A stretch of DNA of 48,747 bases, counting the filler, from Bipalium vagum (Eukaryota): NCBI GenBank assembly GCA_037834085.1. It is 2 parts of 2 records of this genome, joined end to end, with 100 filler letters (N's around TTAATTAATTAA, not from the genome) between each part and the next. Parts side by side here need not be neighbours in the genome. Positions count along the whole stretch, not along the records: positions 19,527 to 48,747 come from JBBMKC010036449.1; 1 more part is not named here. One strand, 5' to 3'. Shown here in pieces: positions 38,741-48,747 of this stretch (position 1 is its first letter; each line of letters starts with the position of its first letter). The notes under the pieces are model-generated. The model did not search any database. It saw nothing but the letters and a program-made list of their open reading frames with translations, and was not told the origin of the DNA. The translations under genes and the position numbers were made by a program.

Positions 38741-41700
38741 AAATATTTTGAATTTTTAAGAAAACAAAAATAAATATTTTATAAAAACATTGTTCTTTGT
38801 TTTTTTTTAATTTGATAGTAAATAAAATATAAAATAAATATTTATATTTTTAATATACCTGGTGTATTAAAACAGAGGGAAAAGGTAAATGGATAAAATG
38901 GACAAAAATTATATTATTAATGACAAATAACATGTATAGTTAATGGAATACAATAGTTTCCCTTATATTATGTTTTCCAAATGATTTCCTTTACAAATAA
39001 CCTTAACTCAAGTCTTCATGGGAACACAATATTGCAGTTTGCATCTCTTAGATAAGTAAACAAGAACATTATTTGTTTATTCGTTTATCCATTTCAAATA
39101 GATTTTTCATATTTTAGTAATAGAAAATCCTTGCATTTACACCGGTTCTTACTTAAATTTCCTTAGCATTTGATTTGCCAAATTCCAGCTTTAGGGAAAT
39201 TTCTATCGCTTTAATGACATTGAATTAAATCAATTTTAAAATCTAAATTCATACCAAAATTTAAAATGTTTTAATCAGTTACTTATTTAAACAAAACCTA
39301 ATTTATGCTGTACCTAAAAATATACAGATGTAAATAAAATATAGTTTCATACGAAATTAACAGTTTTCGACTCAACTGGTATTAAAAAGTAAAAAATTGT
39401 TCTATTTTAACATTGATATAAAAAGATCTTTATATTAATGTATATATCAGCATGTATAACACTCTTATAATAATGTCCTAATGAGAAAAATATATTGATT
39501 GACTTTGTATTTACATGAATTGAAGATTGATGTAAGGTCATGATGATGTTTTAAATGTTTTACAAGAGAAAAAGTAATTGAAACTTACAAGAATGCTAAA
39601 GTTTGTTTTACTGAACGTTCAAAATTAAAATTGACTTTATGAATGTATTCTTGGTGAATTTCAATAAAAAATCTTCTTTTATAGATGATGATGATTAATC
39701 AAACCCCTTTATTTATTAATATCTCCAGATCAACATATTAATAGAAAAAACCTCAAAGCATTGGTTTTTGTTTTGAACATTAACTATTGTAAATATGCAC
39801 TCGATTATGTATTCGTTCAAAAAACAGTTGAAAATGTGTAATTTAATTATTGTTAGTCAAGAAATTAAAGAGCATGGTTAATAAAAAATTTTTTTTGAAA
39901 ACTGTGTGAGTACCAATTAGATCAATAACGTAAAAATTTTCGTATTATATTGACGTAAATACTAATTATTTGTTTAAGAAAATAATTTAATTATTGGAAT
40001 AATAAAATTATTTTTAATAAATGATTTGTTTATATAATTGATTTGTAATAAGATACACATTTTTGAAGTGTCTTGATTATTAATGGATATTAATTTAGAA
40101 ACAGTGTCAGCGGCTAACATATATGATAAAATATTTTTATGTCAATTACATAGCACTTCGTTTTATATTAATAATATTTGCATGATTTCATTATTTATTG
40201 TTTAAATTATTTAAAATTTTATTAAGAAATTAAATTGGTAATTTTTGGTTATATTTTCAAATCGTAACTGAAGTCAATTTTCAAATTAATAATGTGATTT
40301 TTTCTATTTCTTTGTTAATTTATATATTTAATTTCTATATATGCAATATAATATGATCATGAAACCTTTTGACTAAAACTCTTTTCTGTTGGTGAAGGAA
40401 GAGATCAAATGATTAAATATTGAACTACTTGTGACTTACAATTTCAAAATAAAAAGTTATTCATTGTACAGCCTGATAGCTAATCTTAAGGGGTTTCTTA
40501 TACTTTTGGAAACTGGCTTAAAACAGATTAATATAACAAATATTTAAAACGATTTTTATAACAAGTAAAAACAATAAATAAAATCCATCAATTTTTCAGG
40601 TTTATTGTATTATATCATAACATCTGTTATTTCTTACAATTTCTAGCCTCTCAGGAATGAATAACGACGGCGTTTTTCTTTTATTTCATCTAAATAAATT
40701 ATGCATTAAATTAAAATACTCTAAAATTTGGTTTTTTTAGCATTTTTAAAATTTATTTTTATGATTTCAACTTTTTAAAGACATTAATTAAAACAACTTT
40801 TAAATATTAAATTAATTTTTGGATATAAAATCATAGTATAATGAAATGATTACCTTCTGGATCTTTATAAATCAAAATAAAAATATTATTGTTAAGATTT
40901 TTACTAGAAATTATTAGTCTTATTTTACTATTGATAATAATAATATTATTATCACTATTACTAATAGTGATAATCATCACTAAAAGCTCAGGTGGTAATT
41001 TAGTGAAATTGTAAAAATTCTCCAATATTTTACTAATAACAGTTATTATTTACTGGATGTGAAAATCCATCTGAAATAAGCAGGAAGACCATTAATCTAA
41101 GATAATAATAATATACTATGAAACCTGTTTTTTATAATTTGAAATCATAACTTTAGTCATTGAAATTTTGGTTTAATGTAATTGAAAGAAAATATTAATA
41201 TAAAAATAATAAACTCCACAGAAAATAAGTTAAATACCTTGTTTTATAAATTAGGACTTTGTTACTTTAAGTAAAATAATATTAGGGTTTTCAAATTGAA
41301 AGATCTATTTTTTTAATAATATTAATTCCGTTGTTTTAATATTGTTTATGTCAATAAGCCAAAATTTTAAATTGTAGGCGAACTGATTTTTTTTATAATT
41401 CCTGACCATTAAAATTCCTCTTTAAAGATCATTTCTTTGAAATATTTTCAAAACGATGCGAATTTCAATTAGTAGTACGGTAGGCTCTGATTCAATTGGA
41501 TTATAGACATTATTCTATACATTACTGACAAAAACTTGCTTGTTTTAAGTAAATAATTTCCCAATATATTAATTGATTTTGAGATAAATAATACCATTAT
41601 TCCTGTACCATATTCATTTATTATGCAAATTGAAAATGACGATTTAATAAACGATATTTTCATTTATTAAAACACTAACATTTCATATAAATGTATATTT

Positions 41701-42579
41701 GTTTATACCTATATATACTTAGTACATATATATACTTAGTTAGTAAAATGCAATATATATATTTTTGTCAAGAAATGTCTCTTAATTTAAGGTATATAAA
41801 TAAATATTTGCGATATTTTAATTTGTGTACCTTCAAAAGAAAAATGCACTTGAGAGTTACTGTATTATTATGGAATCCTATGGTGACAAAGCTCTATCTG
41901 AGGAACACATGTGGACGTTGATTATTATTAATTTCATCTGAGTATTACTTGTTTAGATCGTCTCTTACACCGTTCTACCACAACTTGAAGGGTGTCAAAA
42001 ATTGAATTGATTTTTTATGATATTCACACGAAATTGTAGATAATAATAAAAATTGCTTAATAGAAAATTTTATTTATAATAAACGTTTTTGAACTTGTAA
42101 CAAATCGTCATTTTTGTACTTTAATTATTTTCTGAAAAACTATTTATAAAAATCTTTAAAAGTAAATTTGGTGAATTTCATTTTTTATATAAGTTTAATA
42201 TTTATTTAATGAAAGGATAATGTAAAATTTATGTCAATAATAATAATATTATTAAAAAAATATAAATGATCAAAAACAAATAAAATTATTTTCATTTTTA
42301 GCATCTATAAATTAATTTATTTTAATAAACGGAAAAGAATGGAAAATTAAAATATTTATTTTACATTTTCAGTTATTTTTCAAACCAAAAAATAAAGAAA
42401 TTCTTTATATTTTATTAGTTTATTAATAATTGTAATGAATTTCGTTTTGACTTAAAAATATTATAATATTCGAATGAATTGTAGAATATTATGTAAAATA
42501 TATTTTAATTTAATTATCATTTGGAATAATCATACATCTTTTTTGTTTTAATAAATGTTATATATAATAAAAAAAATAA

Positions 42580-42591
42580 ATAATAATAATA

Positions 42592-42630
<39 letters not shown>
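42580..42630. repeat. (AAT)n(ATT)n microsatellite; a similar tract lies at about 6928-6963
   Basis: Direct reading of the sequence. Confidence 0.9.
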
Positions 42631-43893
42631 TAATTTTTTATTATATCTTGTGCATTATGTATTTTTTCTAATTTACATATTTATAAGAAAATATACGAAC
42701 TTGAAAAAAATTTTTTCAAATCACTCTTGTCAATATTCACATGAGAATTTCTTTCTGGATTGTCAATAGCTGAGGGTTTCTAAATGTGATAAAATAAATT
42801 AATTATTTAGACTTTAAGATCGAATCATATATTTTCCAGTTTATTGTTTAAAATGATGATTCTGTCATATTTATTATTTAACTAAATTAAAATAAAATAA
42901 CAGATTTGGAAAAATATTTTTATTTTATTTTAGCGAATTAAAATATTAATAATAAAATCTATTTTTTTTCGTTAAATCAAATGTCATTATTTGATAAATT
43001 TTTAATTTCTACATATCACATTTATGAAGTAATCGAGTTCAGAGTGCGATTCCTCTTCTTTCCCCCTCTTTGATAAATAAGAAGCTTTGGAGTAGGAAAT
43101 TAATGCTTTTTATACAACATTAATCTGTCAGTTTTATCATAAAAGTCCTGGAATGTCTTAAATAACGATTTTGTGAACATTTATTTTCTGATAAAAATTT
43201 CTAAAAACTTTTAGAATTATTATTTATTCCAAATTACTTCATTAATGGCTTTGTAAACAAATGATTAAGATTGAAACATTTTTTTACAAGCATGTTTAAT
43301 TTTATAATAAATATTAATTAATTAAAAATTTATTTGATCTTTAAATTTTATTATTTTTATTATATTATAATATTTTAAATTATTTTTCTCAAATAATTAT
43401 ATTATATTAGTTCGTCATTAGGTAACCTAAAAAGTATGCACCGTTTTCTAAGTAAAAGACAAACTATTTCTCATATCAAAAATAAAAATTAATTAATTAA
43501 ATAAGCTTTGTTTTATTTGATAAGCTATGGCCTTTCATCTGGTAAATTCATAATGCTACCACTGTAGAATTTTAGATATATCATTAAGAAAACTTTATAA
43601 TGTACTAGTTACATTCTTCTGTTAAAACTATTTAAACTTCAATAAAAAAATTCTACAGAAACCGAAAGAGATAGAAGTGCGACGATGCTAGATATCTACT
43701 GTACACTGGATTTATCAGAACTTTTCAGCCAAGATTTTTCAATTTTTGACGATTCATTCAAGATGTGTGTGGTTTGGTGTGATAGTGATTTGAGCGTGAT
43801 GTGATAAAACCTTTTTATGTTGAGTAATTTAGCTCTTTTTTTCAAAGTTTAAGTTACTGTCAAAAAATTATTGAATATATTATTGAATAAATA

Positions 43894-44810
43894 CAGTATG
43901 TGGCCATTGAAATAGACTCAAACAAAAAATATCTTTTTTATGCATTAAGATATTTTTGAATTACCTTAGCTTTGTGATAAGATGCTCCATCATGCATGAA
44001 CTGAAGTCGTTCAAGACCAGGAAACCAAATTCGTAATTGAGGCCCTAATTCATTCTAGACCAATTGCGGGTACTGCTGCGAATTCATGTTGTCATATCAT
44101 TGTTTGTAAAAAAATACTTGGGTCTATTTGAATGGTCAGGTACTGTATAATTGAAAATAAGATCAATTGTATAAGATCAGTAGCTCATAATTCTCAAAAA
44201 ACAGATAAGATCTATCTTGAAGACAGTCTTTTAAGATTTCTTTGGATATTTATCAAGGTGTCATTCTTTAAATTTATTGGGAACGTTTCCTAACCCAGAT
44301 AATTGGCCGTGTAAAATTTTTGTCCTGGTATCTGAATAACTTTATCGTGTAATTTACGTGATCTGGTTTTTGCTAATTTATTCTGCTTTTCTGTGCAATT
44401 TAGTACACCATCACCGAAAGTCTTGAATTACGTTTAAAGGTGCAACAACTGCTTTTGATTTTTTTGGTTCCATGTATCCTTTTTTGGGCCACTTCCATTC
44501 TTTTTTTCTACAGAAAGAGTCTCCTTATATTTTTAAGAGCACTTGAGACAGTGGATTTTGCGACCTTTACCTTTCTGACAATATCTTCATGGGATATGTG
44601 GGGATTTTCTAGATATTTGATCAAAATTAATTTTCGAATATCACATTGCGACAAAACCATTGGCATAAATAAAATTGATTGTTATTTGAATTTTATTTAT
44701 ATTATAACTAAGACAACACTGATTAGTGGTATTTAAACAATTGGTATATTATTTAATATGTGAGTTTTAAGTGATTTTTTTTCGACCGAGGTATTTCGCA
44801 CACATGCTTT
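43894..44810 (-). mobile_element. Degenerate Tc1-superfamily element, DD37E/TRT-like
   Basis: End TAcagtatgtggccattgaaatagac. HTH ENPHISHEDIVRKVKVAKSTVSSALK. The segment QIPGQKFY is typical, from memory, of DD37E elements. Confidence 0.6.
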
Positions 44811-44885
44811 ATAAATAAATATTATTCCTATATAAAATTTTCATCTGCATTTTTATTAGATTTTGTTTTTAAGGAATATTCCTTT

Positions 44886-46670
44886 CTACCATAACTTTCC
44901 CATATCAACATGAGACAAAATTTTGAATATCTGAAAGAGACTCATTATTCTATTCTTTCTTTAACGAATTATATATCATCTTTTTCAATATGTTATAATC
45001 TGAAAAGGCTATTTTTCAAATCAATTTTCAAACTTTCTCCTTCTTTAGCATGATCATAACAATTAAATTAAAACGTGATACACATAGTTGAATATGTAGT
45101 TATTTTCATAATTATAGCTATCTACATTATGTTCTATTAAACTGTTTTACCGCATTAATTTTTAATATTTACAAACCATATTTATTACAAATCCTATGTT
45201 CTTTAAAAAACATCATTAGTTCTAACAATAAATTTATTTAAGTTTAAGATGTTACAGAAATGACATGAAAACCAAATGAAAAAACAATATTTGAAGACTC
45301 TATTCTTATTTTTCTTAAGAAGAAGTCTAAAAGTTAAAGTCATTCATTATGGTTATGCAGGTTGCAAGATGGTAAAAAATCTTGAGTCCTAGTATCAATT
45401 GCATGAAAGTTTCGAAATGATAGATTCAAATCACATTCGACCAATCAAATTCAAGAGTCCATATTTTGATTGAAAAGATTGATTAAAGAGTTATCGGTTA
45501 AATTTTTAAAGATTCTTGTTAAATTCTAAATAAATATTAAAGAATCACGGAAAATTATGTTATAACCCAATATATATTTCAAGATACGTCTCATGACTGA
45601 AATGGAATTTGTTTATTGATATCTGATTGGAATGTCCCGTTTGGAAAATTGTATTTTCTCATTGTCAAAAACCGATCACGATAGCGAAAATTGAATCGTA
45701 AAAATTCGCTATCTACTCTACTTTTAGCATTGGACTAATAGAATTTTATCTGCATTTGCGCTGGCTGTCACACGGACTCGCAATTCAATTATTATCAGCC
45801 TAATTCAATGGGCGCGGGTGATTAGTCGGCAGTCGTTTTGTTTAACTATTCCCAAAACATTTAAAACAATTCAGGTCTAGCTCAAAATAATTTCTTCTAA
45901 CATTTTAAAATTGAATTAACTGTAGTTAAAAAATTAAGAAAGTAAGTGACGTATTCAAAGGAAAAGGAATTTCTCTGTCGCTGTGAAACCTTTTCACGAG
46001 GTTTTTGCGATATTGATTTAAAGTAAAAATTTGTGGTCCCAGATGAACTCAAAGGTTTTGTTTTCACCAGAAAATCTTTATAGAATCTTTTCTTCATCAA
46101 AAGGCTGACTATAGAAAGGAATTACTAAGTAAAATCAGGTCTATTGTAGCTTTTTTGCAGAATGAGTGAATGTCTTAACTGAAGATCAGGGGATCTAACT
46201 AGTCTCCTCTGAACGTTGATTTTGAAAAGAAAATGGAAAATGTGATAGACAAAATCATAGAATAAATCAGAGTTCAATTTGTTCTCAAAAGTTACTTATT
46301 TAAAAACATTATCAATATTATTATATATATATAATAATATTTTTTAATATGATATGATAAATAAATATTTCGTACTAAGGCCTATGTCAGTTTTAAAAAT
46401 AATTAAATATGATGGTTAACTCAAAATCTTGCACTTTATTTGCTTATTATTTCATAAATATAAATAAATATAATAAAAAAAATGAATTATTTTATATTAG
46501 AATGAAACTCTTCTGTTAAAAAATATTATTCAAGCCTTATAACTTACATTAAGCATCCATAAATTTCTCCAAAGAAACCCACAGCATTGATCTTCATTTG
46601 AAAATGTGGGTTCAGTTGCAATTACCAGAATGAGGAGTAGGCAAAGCGAAAAACAAGAACAATTTTTCAT
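44886..46670 (-). CDS. Candidate 55-aa secreted peptide; exons 46670-46548 and 44930-44886
   Basis: Exon 1 MKNCSCFSLCLLLILVIATEPTFSNEDQCCGFLWRNLWMLN has a signal-peptide-like N-terminus and a perfect gtaagt donor. A phase-0 acceptor tctttcag gives IFKILSHVDMGKLW*. The choice of exon 2 is uncertain. Confidence 0.5.
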
Positions 46671-48747
46671 TCTACATATATTTTCAAAGAAATATATATT
46701 TTAATCATATTCATTATTAACGTAGCGGTAACAGTTGAAAATTAATAAATAACAAATTTCATAAAACGTTAGTTAAAATAATTAATTATTTTCAAAAAAA
46801 TTATAAACTTTAAAAATCCTTTTAATATTTGGTTTAAAAAGGGTCCGAGTGCTTTTAATAGTGAAATTTCTACACAATTTTGTTTGTTTTTTATATAATA
46901 TTATAGTTTAAAATATATTTAAATACTCTGAATACAAACACTACATTTTCATTACATTTTGCTGTATTTCTTTAAGTAACAATTATGCATTAAATTATAT
47001 AAAAACTGAAAATAATAAGAAATGTACATAAAGCATGCTCTTTGTCATCAAAGCAATTTTGCACCTGAAGAGTGTCATGCTTTCAGTTTTGTGGAATTTC
47101 AAAATCTTCATTTTTTACAACCTGTCACCAATGAATTAATTCTGATGCATTACTGATCGAAATCAGTTTGAACAATGCAATAAACGAAAAGCACCCAAAA
47201 TATCCAATTACCAATATATTATTTGTAAACACGATAATACTGTTCTCGTATATCATTGGATAATCAGAACACATTCCAAAAACACATCACATTACCACTT
47301 GATTCTGTTGGTTATAGCGTATGCAAACATTCAATAACAAAATAACTCCTTAGATATTTATGAAAATTGATAATATTTTATATCAAGTAAGATGAATTCA
47401 ATAATTTGTTTTTAACTACATATTTATAAAGAATCTTTTAAATTAAGATATAATCAAAATTACGATACAATATGAAAATTCCAATTAGTTAAATTTTATT
47501 TAAATAAATATTTTTTAATAAATTTTTTATTCTTGATTGTTGAATGAATAGGTTAAATGCGTTTATCTAATAAAATTAGATTTTCATCAATGTCATTTCG
47601 TCTGTTAAATCACAATGAAAGGCTTCTTTTCAGTTTCATTTTTATTTTTAACTTTAAAAAAATATTGGAAAGAATTTTATGGAATTTTGTTATTAATTTT
47701 AATTTTAAAATTATTTATCATTTTTTTATCATTATTATTTATTTTTATTAATATTATTACCATAACATATATTACGTCATTACTTATTAAGATTAGTATC
47801 TTAGAATATTGATACACCAATAAATGAATAACAGTCAAAAACAAAGTTCCACTTCAGCGGGTAATGTACAATGTAACCTTCTGATCAGTCAATGTTAACA
47901 TTATATATTCAGTTAGTTAGAAGAGAGTGGGAAAAAAATGTTTAGTAGATAAACTTTCTCTGGTAGACTCTTAATGCATTGTATACTTTCAGGCAACTTT
48001 TTTCTAAATTTTCAATTTATAAATAGATAAGTGAAATTTATTAAAAATAAATATTATTTAAAAATGCAAAAATTTATTTATTTATAAATGATAGAGCACA
48101 CATATCTCCTTTTATTTATTTTTAATAATATTGAATTAATCTAAAAAAGAATTCATTTCTTAATTACTCTTACATTAGAAAGGAAGTTTCCTAGTATTAT
48201 ATGATGGAGATTTTGTTAATAAAATTATATAAACTTTATTTCCACAAAGTTTCAAAGTCGCCAAATTTATTATTTATGGTAATGGTATTTCTGTTTTTAA
48301 ACAAATTCTCATTTTCTTTTATAAATAATAATTCTTGATTTAAATTAATCATAATAATGCTATGATTATATTTTAATTAATTATATAATAATAGTAATAT
48401 CATTAATATTGATATTAATAATATAAATATTAACTACCAAAATGATATTAAGTGAACTTATTTTCAAATATTAAAACTTCAAAAAAAAGATAAAATATGG
48501 TAGATTAAATGGATAAAAACCTCATTGCAGACCTTTAAGCATTCCAATAAGAACAATTTCTTACTACCTAAAAATGTTATAAATTGATCTAAATAAATGA
48601 TAATCGAGTGGGGATATGAAACATCTCAGTTCAGTTTTGATCTATTATTGTTTAGGAGGATTCTATTAAATGAAGCATTTTTAATCCTCTATTAGACGGT
48701 GAATAAATTTTTATTAAATACTTATAATGTTTTGTTTAAATTTATTT

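Noticed and set aside
45560-46260. GC-richer block, possible ncRNA or hAT remnant
   Set aside because: No tRNA, snRNA or transposase motif could be identified with confidence.
47030-47340. Minus frame with three in-frame TGA codons (alternative genetic code or NUMT?)
   Set aside because: No recognisable product, and both well-supported genes use the standard code, with the cadherin ending in TGA.
47557-47812. Hydrophobic F/I/L/K-rich ORFs here and elsewhere (6524, 12075, 26779)
   Set aside because: Expected from extreme AT bias; no splice or motif support.
1-48747. CRISPR arrays, rRNA, tRNA or prokaryotic operons
   Set aside because: None seen; the sequence is intron-rich eukaryotic DNA.

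Overview
Very AT-rich animal (invertebrate-like) nuclear scaffold with spliceosomal introns: a short class of about 41-52 nt plus long introns filled with transposons. Two multi-exon host genes can be rebuilt by hand with consistent intron phases. (1) A highly divergent p53/p63/p73-family gene on the minus strand (about 19273->8166). It keeps a p53-like DNA-binding-domain layout, a basic NLS, a tetramerisation-domain-like end and several p53-like intron positions, but appears to have lost most zinc ligands and the R273/R282 equivalents. It may have two alternative N-termini (TA-like and deltaN-like). (2) A divergent type III-like classical cadherin on the plus strand (about 20208->38740: partial NC region, EGF, LamG, EGF, LamG, EGF, EGF, TM, cytoplasmic tail). 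It has an altered p120 motif, a truncated beta-catenin-binding domain, no cadherin repeats visible in the window, and one candidate non-canonical intron. A small secreted-peptide candidate lies at 44886-46670 (minus). The rest is degenerate Ty3/Gypsy pol and many Tc1/mariner-superfamily remnants, microsatellites and two assembly gaps, one containing an artificial linker. All homology calls are by-eye comparisons to remembered family motifs; no searches were run.
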